The notes under the pieces: generated by a model | What the model was told of the DNA's origin: nothing | The model's database searches: none | What the model saw: the letters and a program-made list of their open reading frames with translations, nothing else | Source of the DNA: Tubiluchus corallicola | Taxonomy: Eukaryota > Animalia > Priapulida | Assembly (NCBI GenBank): GCA_030141605.1 | Contig: JAQGDQ010000741.1 | Span: forward strand, 1 to 64,000 | Length of the DNA: 64,000 bases | Direction of reading: 5' to 3' | Shown: positions 11,511-25,176 of the stretch, piece by piece | Layout of the letters: each line of letters begins with the position of its first letter | Numbering within the stretch: position 1 is the stretch's first letter | Translations under genes and position numbers: made by a program

Positions 11511-11985
11511 CTAGCCACTGTGGGGGGGGGCAAGCCAGCCCAACTCAGTGCCGGTCCCAAGCCCGGATAAATAGGGAGGGTTAGGGTCAGGAAGGGCATC
11601 CACCTGTAAAAACTGCGCCAAAACCTTCTATCAAAGGGAAAGTCCACAAAGAGTGGTCAGACCCGCTCTAATCTATGGGCTGGAAGCAGCTTCTCTTAAG
11701 AAGACCGAAGAGAAGAAAATGGGTGTGGTGGAGAGGAGGATGTTGAGATGAATGGTGGGAATAACAAGAAGAGATAAAATTAGAAATAATAATATCAGAG
11801 GAAGAGTAAAAGTAGTGGAAGCCTCGCAAGATTGCGATGGTATGGACACCTGAAAAGAAGAGTCGGTGAAGATCATGTGGGAAGGGAAGACATAAATGAA
11901 GAGATGGTCAACAACAGGAATGCATGGAGAAGACTCATTCACAACGGCGACCCCGAATAGGGAAAAGCTGAGAAGAAGAAGAAGA
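11511..11985 (+). mobile_element. Bipartite non-autonomous RTE retroelement
   Basis: RTE-type 5' motif TGCCGGTCCCAAGCCCGGATAA...GAAGGGCATCC joined to degenerate RT C-terminus VVRPALIYGLEAASLKKTEEKKMGVVERRMLR*MVGITRRDKIRNNNIRG..LRWYGHL. GCGACCCC end and (GAA)n tail; ~19-bp TSD AAACAATTRAAGTAATAAA at 11491 and 11985. Confidence 0.85.
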
Positions 11986-12180
11986 AACAATTGAAGTAAT
12001 AAAACGGAAGTATTTTAAATCAGTTATTAACTGGCAATAAATGAATTGTACATATTGACAACACTGCATATGATGGCATTACATGTACGCGAAAAAAGTG
12101 TAATGATTAGGGATAGGATTAGGGTTTATGGTTAGGGGTTAAAGTTAGAGATATGGTTAGGGTTAGTGTTAAGGTTATTT

Positions 12181-12799
12181 GTGTGCTTGCAAATCAAAAG
12201 CACTCATAAGTCGGCATACTTAAAACTTCGTTATGATGCTCCAAAGTAGACTGCACCAACAATTTTTCTATAAAAACAACTGCTAAAGATATTGGACTTT
12301 ATATTCTAGCAGTAAATCATAAGGAAAATGTTCAAAAATCACTAAAAATTAAGTTTTATAACCCCGTACCCACTTTTCTGGTATTTTCAAACTTGTATTT
12401 TCAAACTCCGATAGTAGCTCGTGGAAGCTGTCATTCTGCTTCGAGTTTTTTCTGTTGCCAAGCTCAGATCTTCATCAGGAAGAGCCATCTACTGGATTTA
12501 AACAGAACTTCAATGTGTTCTTACAAAGTCCATAGCAACCAACATTTGTACGGTTGCTAAGTGTTTTGTAGAAACGCGACAAAAAACAATGGCTGACTTT
12601 AATAGTGATTTTCTCAAGATTATGTTTTTCAGTGAGTAGCCTGCACCTCAACTTCAACATGGATTATCTCAGCTTAGAAATAACATACAGGAATGAACTT
12701 GGTATCAAAATCATATTCATGAAATGGAGATTCAGGATTTGCAAATAACTAGAAAAGCTTAATTGCCGATTTATGGACGATTTTGCTATGCAGGCACCC
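12181..12799. mobile_element. Family D DNA transposon (Sola1-like, 4-bp AWWT TSD)
   Basis: Imperfect ~35-bp TIRs GTGTGCTTGCA..CATAAGTCGGC / GCCGATTTATG..TGCAGGCACCC with ATTT on both sides. An empty site GGTTATTTCTTTT is present at ~36160. Confidence 0.7.
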
Positions 12800-13243
12800 A
12801 TTTCTTTTTTTTCTTGTGATTTTTTTCCTGTGACAGTTTTCTTGCTACTTTTCACCTGAGACTTTATTACCTGGCTTCAAACCGAGTACATGTTTATGTA
12901 ATTGAAAACTTAAGTTATACAAAAGCAATATTATGTCATACTGAAATCAAATTAATGTGCGTGCCATGAAGATTGCAACAGGCGCCTTTCATCAGTGTAA
13001 TAAAGCAAAGCTGTACGTAGAATTTGTTCGTTTGCATTTTACTCAGCTGGAGTAGCACTAACTCGACGCTTTGAAACAATTATAGTGATATATAAACAAA
13101 GCACGTAGGACAGGTAGAAATGCACGAGTTTTTTTACACATTATGCAAGTTACCAAAAATAATATATGACACTCTGTTTCAAAAATTCCTGTGCAAATTA
13201 TTATTAAAACACTTTGAAACACATTCTTCATACCAACGATTTT

Positions 13244-13400
13244 TGCCCTGCCTGGCGCGTGGTATTTAGAGTAAAAGTGAGGTAAAAGTTATCTCTGTTA
13301 TGTAGTTGTAGATCGTTATTTACAGTCGACAAAAGCTCTTTCAGCTAATATTAATTGTCAATCCGAAAAAACCGACTTTAAATAAAAATTATTATTATTG
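13244..13400 (+). mobile_element. 5'-truncated copy of the tRNA-headed SINE
   Basis: Matches 24468-24615 (TGCCCTGCCTG...CCGACTTTAAA.TAAA). Confidence 0.8.
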
Positions 13401-13775
13401 TTATTGCTGTTGTTGTTGTTGTTATTATTATTATTATTATTGTTGTTATTATTTTTGTTGTTGTTGTTGTTGTTGTTGTTGTTGCTATTGTTATTTTTGT
13501 TGTTCTTGTTCTTGTTGTTGTTAATGTTGTTGTTGTTGTAGTTGTTGTAGTTGTTGTTGTTATAGTTGTAGTTGTAGTTGTTGTTGTTGTTGTTGTTGTT
13601 GTTGTTATTGTTGCTGTTGTTGTTGTTGTTGTTGTTGTCGTTGTAGTTTTTGAAGTAGTTGTTGTTGTTGTTGTTGTAGTAGTAGTAGTAGTAGTAGTAG
13701 TTGTTGTTGTTGTTGAAGTAGTAGTAGTAGTTGTTGTTGTTGTTGTTGTTGTAGTAGTAGTAGTTGTTGTTGTAG

Positions 13776-13824
<49 letters not shown>

Positions 13825-13844
13825 AGTTGTAGTTGTTGTTGTAG

Positions 13845-13908
<64 letters not shown>

Positions 13909-14078
13909 AGTTGTTGTAGTTGTTGTAGTTGTTGTAGTTGTTGTAGTTGTTGTAGTTGTTGTAGTTGTTGTAGTTGTTGTTCTTGTTGTTGTTGTTGTAG
14001 TTGTTGTAGTAGTAATAGTTGTTATTGTTGTTGTTGTTGTTGTTGTTGTTGTTCTTCTTCTTCTTCTTCTTCTTCTTC

Positions 14079-14128
<50 letters not shown>

Positions 14129-14130
14129 GT
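13388..14130 (+). repeat. Compound (TTA/GTT/GTA/CTT)n microsatellite
   Basis: Read directly; starts at the SINE tail. Confidence 0.95.
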
Positions 14131-14855
14131 TATTTACTGTTTACCTGCTTTGACCAGAAGACAGATTACCATTAAGACATTACCATACGATATCACACGC
14201 CTTCAAGCGCTTTTTTATCAGAAATTGTTTGAAGTTAATTTACCTTTTACGAATATTATCGCATTTTTCGACAAAGGTAAAAATGACTCTCATCAACCGA
14301 GCCGAAATCATGACAGCAGTGGACTTTTCTCTTCTCATTGAAATCACCTCTAATAGCTGTACAAAGTTTCAGATGTTAGAGCAGGTCTTTCTCTATGCAT
14401 GAGTGAAGATTAGTCCAGGTAAAGGGTTGAATTACGCTAGCAGCGCGTGATATATCTAATTATGATCAGGTACAATTTGACAACTAGCTGAGAAAATTGG
14501 ATAATGTAATCAAAAGACCAGGCGCCGGCAAAGACTGCTCGATCGTTTAATCAGGGTGAATTACATCTACAGAAGGCTAAACAGTGGATTTTGGTACAGC
14601 TACTATGCAGAAGCAGGCCACGCGCTCACACGCACACACGCATACACGCACACACACATCTGCTGTGCCCAATGTCCACTCCTATCGTATGTCTACAAAT
14701 GCCATTGTTTGTTTTAAGTGTGAGTTTGTAGAAAAATTTCTAGTCAGAATTTCACATTTGGAAGCCATTTTTGTAACATTGGAGTTAGCTACGTATGTGA
14801 TACTAATGTAAAGGTTTTCAGAACTGTAAACAGCTTTGTCAAATTAGGCAGATAT

Positions 14856-15538
14856 ATAACGGACAAGAGAAAGACAAGGGTACCTGAAGTAGGTTTCAGA
14901 AAAATCACCTAAAAATGATATTACTTTACAGCAATTTTGTGCGTATATCTTACTCACAATGAAGGGATAATATGTTTGTTTTCATTTTAAATCTCCCACA
15001 ATGCTGTTCCGACGGGGCCATTACATGACGTCATCACCAAACGTAAATCAAGGGAAGAAAAGGAAATGTTAAATTATGTCTCAAAAGACTTTCCGTGTAA
15101 AACTATATCACTTAAATTTTCGGTTACCTGCTGGAAAGACTTATGTAACTAGAAAAGAAAGTTATTAATGATTTAAATTGTTTTCACCAATTGGTAAAAT
15201 GTCACTGACTCACCCTCCAGGGTGCACTACTCAGTGACAAAAAACGTATTTTAACCTTATTCGCAAGATACAGTAATTTTAAATTTTATTTAGTTAGTGA
15301 CGTGTGTGCTATGAATGCTCTGATTATTTTTTTCAAACTTTGCACAATGTTATCTAAACTTGTTTCAAATGACTTATCGTCAAAATGGCTGCGTCTAATG
15401 CGAGTTTAAATTTACATGTTTTATGCAGCGTTACGGCTGATTGAAGTCCTGTATGTAAAAAGGCAGCATGTAAGTGATATAGGATTTCAAAACTAAATTT
15501 TAAGCTTTATGCTTATGGGGGGTTTTCTAGTGCTTTAA
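14856..15538 (+). mobile_element. Kolobok-like family A copy
   Basis: GGACAAGA...ACCTGAAGTAGGTTTCAGAAAAATC...GTGCT-TTAA. Confidence 0.75.
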
Positions 15539-15699
15539 CAAAATGTTGCACTAATTTTGAAATCGGTTGCCTTTTCCTGGAACAATGAGAAAGGATTATC
15601 AGATGGATCGTGACTTGGGACAAAGTGAAAAAGGGCAAAAGGAAAACATTTCACTTTGCCCCTGAAAAACTGTGACGTATAGAGAGTAAATTTGTTTTA

Positions 15700-16320
15700 A
15701 GCAGAAAGAAAGATAGGTAGGTAGAAAGAACGAGGGAAGGAAGGAAAGAAAAAATAAACAGATAAAGATAAGAGAGGGAGAAAGAAGAAGAGTGAAAGAA
15801 CGAAAGAGAGGAAAAAGGAAGAAACGAAAACAAGGAGAAAAGAAAACGAAAGGTAAAAGCTAAGAAACGAAGAAAAAAACAGATAAGAGAGGGAGAAGAA
15901 GAAGAGTGAAAGAAAGAGAGGAAAAAAGAAGAGAAAAACTAAAAAGGTGAAAAGAAGCAGGTAGACAAGAAAACGAAAGATAAAAGGAAAGAAAAGAAAT
16001 AAACAGATAAGAGAGGAGGGAAAAAGAAGAGTAAAAGAAAGAAAGAGAGGAAAAAGGAAGAAAAAACAAAAATGGTGAAAAAAAGCAAGGAGAAAAGAAA
16101 ACGAAAAAGAAAAAGAAAAAAAGAAATAAACAGATAAGAGAGGGAGGAAAAAAGAAGAGTGAAAGAAGGGAAGAGATAAGAGAAGAAAAAAGGAAGAAAA
16201 ATTGTGAAAAGAAAACAAGGAGAAAAGAAAATGAAAGATAAAAAGAAAGAAATGAAAAAATAAACCAACGAATACATGATAGAACAAAGAAATAAAGAAT
16301 AAAAAAACATGAAATGTTGC
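15700..16320 (+). repeat. Purine-rich degenerate ~120-bp tandem repeat
   Basis: Recurring AAACAGATAAGAGAGGGAG..AAGAAGAGTGAAAGAA. Confidence 0.8.
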
Positions 16321-16500
16321 AAAAAAATATCCCAATCGCTTAAGTTACAGCAAATACTCTACTGAAGATACTTTCTTGGGGGAAAGCCCAGGCTTAATAA
16401 CTTAATAAGGCTTAATAGATCTCTGAAGTTAACTTGGTATATTGATCATCATGTAGGCACAAAAGCTCAGGTGGTACTACTTACCGAATTAGTATAATAA

Positions 16501-16935
16501 CTAGCAAAGACCCCGCAAAAAATTTGCGTATAAATACACTTATAATACGCGAACATCCTACATAGTCCTCATTTATGACGCAAAGCCAGTAGCAGCTTTT
16601 ACTGAATTAAAGTTATAAGCTTATGGGCAGAGTATAATGGATGACGTCAGAACAATCCCTTTTCCAAGCGAAATTTGCCTAAAATAGAACATCTAATTAA
16701 CTCGTCGTACTCCTCTTGGTGGACGTGCCCTAAAATATAGCCTACATCATCGTGTAGCCCTGTTCTTCCTCTTTCTAAAGAGCTATATATCTCCTTTCGA
16801 GAGTCCCACCAGGCGCCGCTAGAACGTTTTCTCCAAATGTATTAATAAATCTCAGAAGTTAACCTACTATATTGATCGTCATGAGACACAAAAGCTCAGG
16901 TGGTACTTACTACATCACAAATTAGTAGAATAATA
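16501..16935 (-). mobile_element. Possible non-autonomous Helitron (3' end at 16501)
   Basis: On the minus strand, hairpin CGCAAATTTTTTGCG lies 9 nt before CTAG|T. An ~80-bp direct repeat links 16419-16500 and 16849-16935. Confidence 0.45.
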
Positions 16936-17259
16936 AGCATTTTCTAAACAAGCAGTTGGATGATTTGAAACACAACCCTATTGATTGCTGTTGTAAATAG
17001 GAATGTTAGCCAGATAATCTACTACTTATAAGACGAGAATTGTTCAAGTTATACATTCTTGTAGGTTGAGAACCCGACCCATGATTCACCCTAATCACTT
17101 CCCATGTTTGTCCGTGCAATTAGATATGTACATGTATCTCTTGTATGTGTACGATTATATGTATTGTATACGTATCTCAGATATGTACATGTATCTCTTG
17201 TATGTGTTATATATGTATTGTATACGTATCTCAGATATGTACATATATGATATATGTAG

Positions 17260-17498
<239 letters not shown>

Positions 17499-17734
17499 AA
17501 ATTTTATTAACAGTGTAAATAAATCATTACAGCGAATTTTACAAAAAATCTCTCTAAAAAACCAGCGGACGAAGCAAAGGGCAGCTGTGATAATTATATC
17601 TAAATCGATAACAATATTTTCAATGGCAATTATTGGTACACGTTTAAAATCATATGAGCAGATTTACGAATGAACATGATGTTATTGCAATTGTAAAAAA
17701 AAACACTTTTAAATCAGTAAAGTTCAAATCGTTA

Positions 17735-17995
17735 ATTTTTCCCTCTTATTTCCTCTGTTCTAGCGCAGTCGCACACAACCTGGTTTTCAGTTTGCACACT
17801 CCCACAGGTCCATAACCTCTGATTTTATGGGATTCTTGACCAACGGCCAGTCTCTATTGCCAGCCGGTGAGAAGAAAGACGTAATTGCGATGTAACTATG
17901 CGTTGATAGTCCGCTGGCGTTTCGTCCATTAGACTGCACATCTTATGTACCAAGAGGTCAGATTCAAACTGCAGACATGTGTTCCAAATTGTGTA
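17735..17995 (-). mobile_element. LINE ORF2 C-terminal fragment (RTEX-like), degenerate
   Basis: Manual translation QLRLSSHRLAIETGRWSRIP*NQRLWTCGSVQTENQVVCDCARTEEIRGK shows the SSHxLxIETGRW motif plus a decayed zinc knuckle. Confidence 0.8.
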
Positions 17996-18558
17996 CGCTG
18001 TGACCTTCGAACTGATTCTTTGCGTTTTTTATAATAATAATAATAATAATAATAATAAATTTATTTGGAAGTGTAAATACAAATACAATATCAAGAAACA
18101 CTGGGAAAAAATAGATATTAATAATAATGATTATATGACAGCGTGCATAGAATAAATGGCAGGAACCAGAAGTAAAACTTGTTAGGTGCTTGCACCATTA
18201 TAAACACGTCAAAATAATGAGAAAAAAGGGTAAAAAACCCGAAGGTTTTTGGGCAATTTAAAAAAAGAGTTGTGCAAAGTAAGGAAAGAAGTGATGGATA
18301 AGAGAATGTTCAAAAGGGTAGGAAGAGTGGCTTGTGGAGATTCGGCTCATGAGATGACGAAGCACTCTGGATTCTACTCTAAAAGAACACAAAGTTGTGA
18401 CTGTTGCGTCACACAGGAACAGTAGGTGGTTATCAAGACTAGTTTATATAAGAAGCAAACAGATGTCGTTTAACTGACATTTTAAAGTGGTAAATGTTAC
18501 ACTCTGGATTCTACTCAAAAAGAACACAAAGTTGTGACTGTTGTGACTGTTTGTGATG

Positions 18559-18849
18559 TCTGGTTCTATGTGACCGGCAGCTAGAATTCTGGTTCTATGT
18601 GACCGGCAGCTAGAACTCTGGTTCTATGTGACCGGCAGCTAGAACTCTGGTTCTATGTGACCGGCAGCTAGAACTCTGGTTCTATGTGACCGGCAGCTAG
18701 AACTCTGGTTCTATGTGACCGGCAGCTAGAATTCTGGTTCTATGTGACCGGCAGCTAGAACTCTGGTTCTATGTGACCGGCAGCTAGAACTCTGGTTCTA
18801 TGTGACCATCAGCTAGAACTCTGGTTCTATGTGACCGGCAGCTAGAATT
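18559..18849 (+). repeat. 29-bp minisatellite, about 10 copies
   Basis: Unit CTCTGGTTCTATGTGACCGGCAGCTAGAA. Confidence 0.95.
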
Positions 18850-19403
18850 GCGTTCAAGTATCTAGCACCTGATGTACATAATTTCTTATCTTGTAACTTT
18901 GATTGACCGTATTGAAAATGTTCAAAGATACTTCACTAGATGTTTATGTAGAACATGTAACATAAACTATACAGATTACTTTCATAGACTACAAATTCTT
19001 AAGTTACAGCCATTAGAAATACGAAGGTTAATTTTTGACCTAAAATGATTTACAAAATTTGTAATAATCGTATACGATTACTGTTTCATCACTTTTTTGC
19101 GCACGCACCCCATTTTGGGCTCAGGGGAACTTGACTTTAAATTTCATAAAAACTACTGCAGACTGAATATTTGCAAATTCTCTTTTTCTGACAGAGTCGT
19201 AGATATTTAGAATTCTTTATGACACAGCTAATGCCTCTAATATTAAACATTTTACCTCATTGTTAGAGAATGAAAACTTGTTTATTGTAAATTTGATCGT
19301 AACTTGTTTACAGAGAGCCACCTATAAGCGCTCCGCCTGGTGGGCTTCTCCCTTTTCTCTTGTGTTACACTGTAATATTATTTCGAAAAGAATAAATAAA
19401 AAA
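18828..19403 (+). mobile_element. CR1-group LINE 3' fragment
   Basis: LIDRIENVQRYFTRCLCRTCNINYTDYFHRLQILKLQPLEIRRLIFDL, later FSDRVVDI, and an AATAAATAAA tail. Confidence 0.85.
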
Positions 19404-19709
19404 GTCAAATTAATTCATGAGGTATGTTGAGTTTTAAATTACTGGATGTTACCCATTCTTTTTTCGACTGGAACGAGTGTTTTTACCTGCTGGAATGGCA
19501 CTTTTAGCCTTTGGTTCAGACCCTTTAAGTTTATTTCATGAAGAAATTGATATCACATCACGCCACAGTTCACATTAGTCTCGCAGTTCTTGGACAAAGG
19601 GAGACTTGCACGTAGTAAAATAAGTAAATCACTTGGTTTACACTAACAATAGAAAACTTAACAATAGAATAATAATAATTGTATTCTAAAGTTACACTGA
19701 TTTACACTA

Positions 19710-20398
19710 CTTTAAAACTGTTGTTTACCTTATCAAAGCTTAAAAAATCGTCTTGAAATTTTATACCACGCTTACTTACTGCCTTTTTGCATACTGGGCT
19801 TGCGTCGGCAATAACGTTGTATAAAACTTGCAAATTTAAACTCTCGCGATGACTGTTAGACGCAGCCATTTTGACGATATGTCATTTGAAACAAGTTTAG
19901 GTAACATTGTGTAAACTTTGAAAAAATAATCAGAGCATTCGTAGCACACACGTCACTGACTATTTAAAATTTTAAATTACTGTATCTTGTCAATAAGATT
20001 AAAAATACGCTTTTTTGGTTATTGAGTGGTGCAGCCTGGAGGTAAGTCAACGACATTTTAACAATTGATGAAAACATTTTACCTAAGTAATTTGTAATTT
20101 TCTTTTCTAGTTACATAAGTCTTTTAAGTAAGTAAGAAATGCCAAGTAATGTAACTTTGCATAGAAAGTTTTTTTGGGACATAGTTTAACATTTCCTTTT
20201 CTTCCACTGATTTACGTTGTGCATACATGACGTCATGTAATGGCGCCGTCGGAACAGTATCCCGGGAAGTTTAAAAAGAAAACAAACAAAAAATCCTTTT
20301 AACGCGACTACGACAATTATACATAGAATTGCTCTAAGCAGTATGGTTTTTTAAGGTAATTTTTCTGCACCTACTGTACCCCTTTTCTGGTCGTTCAA
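19710..20398 (-). mobile_element. Kolobok-like family A copy (reverse)
   Basis: Reverse complement of family A (GCAGCCATTTTGACGA..GTCATTTGAAACAAGTTTAG). Confidence 0.75.
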
Positions 20399-20559
20399 AG
20401 CAAGACATGATCTACAGTATATAACAACCATTGTTTACTTTATTATAATTAGTGGCTGGCGCAAATAAGATGCTAAATAAGGTGCTTTATCCCGTGTACG
20501 AAATCAGCGAGGGCCCCGGGCGTCCATATTTAACAATAATTTTTAATCACATTTGAAAT

Positions 20560-20970
20560 CATAAAGCTGAAATCGATGCGTTTCAAAGGCGAAATCACAG
20601 AAACATTTTGGGTATTAGGTGGCCAAAGAAGATTTCAAACAAAGATCTATATGAAAAAATAGAAGAAGAACCTTGGACAAGAAAAATAAAAAGACGCCGT
20701 TTAAGATGGATTGGACATATACTTAGACTACCTGATGATATTCCAGTGAAGATAGCTCTTCAACAAGCCATTGAACCAGCTAAAAACCTGCAGGAGGACA
20801 AATGTTAACATATTTAGATTTTGCACAGAAAGATTTAAACACTTCAGCATTGATCCTTAGGAATAAATCCACTTGGGGCATTGCGTCGAGCAGGGAGCCC
20901 TGGCATAGGGAGGTGAGCAGAATCATGTCACTGGACGTATGATTCATTGTATGATGATGATGATGATGAT
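20560..20970 (+). mobile_element. RTE-clade LINE 3' fragment
   Basis: IDAFQRRNHRNILGIRWPKKISNKDLYEK..KRRRLRWIGHILRLP, followed by a (GAT)n tail. Confidence 0.85.
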
Positions 20971-21699
20971 TTAATCACCTGCTGAACTAAATAAAATATT
21001 CAGTTTTAACATTTTTACACAAAAACTTGGAACAACAGCACGTAGACTTATCAAAACTTATAATAAAAGTATGCAGAGAAAAAACCTTGCTACATACAAC
21101 GATAGTGGGGAACATTGTACCTCGTGCGTTGACATGAGGGTTACTACGATCATTATTTACTACGAGTACTTAAATGCTGCTACTGAAACCCTAATTAAGA
21201 AGATCATTGAATGGTTTAAATGGCTTCACCTTCACTAAACTCTTGCCGGAATTTCTCTAAAAGTTTGGCATTTAGCTGTTTGTTTTGCAGGACCGCTCGA
21301 CTGTAAGCAAATAAAATCTTTTGAATTTAACTCACGGCTTGTTTGTTTTCACGTTTAGGTAATCATATCAGGATAAAATGCGCGTTGTCTTGAGGGTGTG
21401 GAAGTAGCGTAGATCGTTGAAAAAGACGATCATAAATAATCATGATCACAAATAATCTGTTAAATAAAGAACGAAGGTAAATATTTTCTCTGGAAATGGC
21501 CTGAAATGGCTCGAAGCATTTTTTCCTAAAAACAGTAGGCAACGAACGGTACCCTGAATTAGAATTTCGGACCGAAAACTGGTGAAAATGCTGAGTCCAT
21601 CAGGGCTTGATTCTAGCACCTGTACTATTTTGACTGTATACAATTGATCCAGCAGATGCAGTCCTATCCAAAATTTTTCATCTTTGTAAGATATTAGTT

Positions 21700-22500
21700 G
21701 TGTTTTACATTTATGTTAGGAATTCCAAACGGATTTAAACAGCTCAAAAATGAGGTGCAGAATCAGTCATGGCTTTGGGTCCTTCAATCACCATACTGAA
21801 GTTCAGTGAAAGCTCAGAGCACCATATGGACCACATTATTATCTCACATTCAACAGTGTAGCTTTCCAACAAGGTGCAGCCCTGTCCCACTACTCATGGG
21901 CTTAAAGAGATATTCTCGATGCAAAATGTCCGATCAAATTTTAAATAGGATTAACCTCTAAACTCTTGAGGTTCCTAAAATGGCAGTAAAATAGTAAATC
22001 ACACCAAAGCAGCAGTTCTTTTCAACTAATTTGATTAAAAGAATTCCCCTAGTTTTAGTTCATTGGTAGTTTTAGTTGAGTAACTTGAGTCACATTTGAA
22101 GCAAAAAGGAATCAATGTAGGTTTTGCAACTTTGTGAAGTTATTTGTTCGGTATTGACTGAGCACATATTAACGAAAAATTAGTTCCAATGTGAATCAAT
22201 CAAGTTTTTCCAAAGAAATAGTAGGATTCTTAGCCAAAAGTGTAGCTCTACAACAGCAATTTTTCAGGCAGTCGCTTAATATTTTCTCGAACTGCAAGTT
22301 TTTTTGTACTTTTGCTAGGTACTGAAAAAATGTTTTTATTCACTGGTAACAAATAGTAGTGATGATAATGTACCAGATCAATTCAACATAGTCATGATCG
22401 TTAATCGTAATTTCTCTGTGTACACAGTTTGCAAACGTTTTGTTTTGATTGTTAAAAAACACAGAAAACGTAAAGTTCATCGTGACTTGTAAGACAGTAT
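21700..22500 (+). mobile_element. Tc1/mariner remnant, copy 1
   Basis: FQQGAALSHYSWA*RDILDA at ~21863 resembles the FQQDGAPPHY...VRDFL catalytic segment; shares blocks with 29456-30623. Confidence 0.6.
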
Positions 22501-23045
22501 GTATTCTATTTAAGGTCATATTTTGAAACTTTGCAGCAGTCTATGCCAAACTTTGCAGCAGTTTTACTACAGTACAGCTGCATTACTGAGGTGTTATTAA
22601 TTGCTATTTCATCGTCCGTCTAATGGGAATCGTAATTAAAAAGACATCGAGTTGCAATTGCTGTTATCCGATGTACAGAAAGTTCAGAAAAAGTCAGAAG
22701 TCTTGTAACGCAACTGAAAACACAAATTAGTGCTTTTCTTTAACGGTATGCATACAAATTAAATTTCAATTAGAAAATGTCTGTTTCTATTATTGCTGAA
22801 CAAAAAGAGAAGAGCAAAAGAGAAAGAGAGTGATGAGGATATATATATATATACGCGATGCGCGATGTAGCTGCATTTGCAGCCTTCATTGATTTAGTAC
22901 ACAAAATCTCAGTTAAAAACTACTATAGTATCAACATGTAGCTATTTTTGCAACCGTTTCAAAATTACCAGATAATAATCTTCAAAATTCAAAGCATATT
23001 CACTAATTTATTCATCGTATATTATTTCTGTTATACATACATATA

Positions 23046-23149
<104 letters not shown>

Positions 23150-24360
23150 TATCTACGAATGTATAAGCATGTGCCTACATGTATACTGAGCTTTATATAT
23201 ATATATATATAACTAAAAGTGTCTATAAAGTATAGTGGATAGTACAATGAAAAAGACGAGGTGGTGAAACAACGATGCTTTGAAATCAATTGTGTTAAGC
23301 ATGTAGTTTCAGAATCTCACAGTCTCACAGGATGATAACTACCACTGACAAATCTAAAGCTCAAATAAATATAAAAAATATATCATTATCATTCTGCTTA
23401 ACTTAAATGTGTTATAACGTAAGTTAATCAGAAAAAAATAATATAATTTTCAAGAATGATATAAGAATGATGCATACAATAATATATATATATATATATA
23501 GAACTAACAGTGTCTATAAAGTTATATATATATATATTATTGTAAGCGTCACACTGAAGTCATATAATATATATATATATATATATATTATATATTATAT
23601 ATTATATATTATATATTATATATTATATATTATATATTATATATTATATATTATATATTATATATATATATATATATATTATTAAGCCTCATTTATTTCC
23701 AAAATAAAATAATTACCAGACAATAATCTTCAAAATTCAAAGCATATTCACTAATTTATTCATTGTATATTATTTCTGTTGTACATACATATATACACAC
23801 TATGCCAGGTCAGTAATTAATACATCTATAAGCGTTTTGTTCGCTAAAATGCAAGATCAGCAGTTAATACTAGCTATAACCAAGAAACATACAATGCTTT
23901 ATTAATATATGATAGCATCAAAATCTGCAAACTTATGATGCACAACAGTAATTGGATGTAACGCAGCACTATAATTAGCATAATTGCTTGCTAGATCCTT
24001 ATTCCAATACGTTATGATTCTTATGCAAATGTTGTAAATGTGATTGAATGTAGTCTATTAGTCTTGTGCTACTGTGTTATGTCTGTTATCATTGTTTAAG
24101 GCATTTTCATTTTAGTTTATCTGTTATTTTGCATACAAAAGGCCTTAAGCAAATTAGATATAGATAACAAATACGTATATTTCTTTAGTTACTAACGCAA
24201 TTTTTATTGTAAATTTATAATATATATAATTATTAAACATGTCTCACAACAAGCTGCTAATAGTGTCACTCGTTTAGCTAAATAAATATTAATGCCGAAA
24301 AAATAGGGGTGGTTGCTAGGTGACCTCTTGGTCTTTCGCCATCCCGTCTCATTTTTCAGA

Positions 24361-24612
24361 CCAGACTGTTTAGTCTAGTGGTAATGCGTCTGCTTTCTGT
24401 CTGGGAGGTCGTGAGTTCGAACCAGCGGCCGGGTCATACTAAAGACTTTAAAAATGGTACCTGCTGTTGCCCTGCCTGACACGTGGTATCTAGGGTAAAA
24501 GTGGGGTAATAATAGTCTCTGTTATGTATTTGTAGGTTGTTATTTACAGTCGGCGATAATAGCTCTTTGAGCTAATGTTAATTGTTGACCCAAAAGCCGA
24601 CTTTAAATAAAG

Positions 24613-24615
<3 letters not shown>
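24361..24615 (+). mobile_element. tRNA-derived SINE
   Basis: A box TAGTCTAGTGG, B box GAGTTCGAACC, core GGGTCATACTAAAGACTTTAAAAATGGTACC, 3' end CCGACTTTAAATAAAG followed by (ATT)n. Confidence 0.85.
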
Positions 24616-24785
<170 letters not shown>

Positions 24786-25176
24786 ATGTAATGTTTATCA
24801 ACTTAAAAAAACATTGTACGTTATTATATGTGTAAATTTAAATGAGACGAATAAAATCTAATCTAATCTAATCTAATCTAATCTAATTACTTACGGTAAT
24901 TATTAGCAACTAAACCAACTGTATATAGAAACGAGTTACAACCTCTGCCAAGTAAAAGGTTGGGCGCAAGTGATTCTAAGCTTCTATATATATTTAATAT
25001 ATATACAGCATCTTTTAATGTGGTCAGAAGCTGAGGCTTGTAAGTCTACTCTCAAGTGGATTTATGGGCGGGGAGAAGCGAGAATGTAGGGATTAGTACA
25101 ATGAAAAATGAATGAGGGGGGGGGGAGGTATGGTAGTCGTGGTACGATAACAACGATACTTTAAAATCAGTTCATC

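Larger units (their letters stand above)
11375..12878 (-). mobile_element. Helentron/HINE-like element interrupted by two nested insertions
   Basis: With the inserts removed it is colinear with 35560-36270 (AAAGTAATAAAAC...TTAAATCAGTTATT...TATGATGGCATTACATGTA, GGGTTA tract, CCTGTGA...TTACCTGG.TTC). Confidence 0.65.

Noticed and set aside
18559-18849. CRISPR-like 29-bp palindromic repeat
   Set aside because: No spacers, head-to-tail units, eukaryotic context and no cas genes. The same holds for the 50-, 56- and 61-bp arrays.
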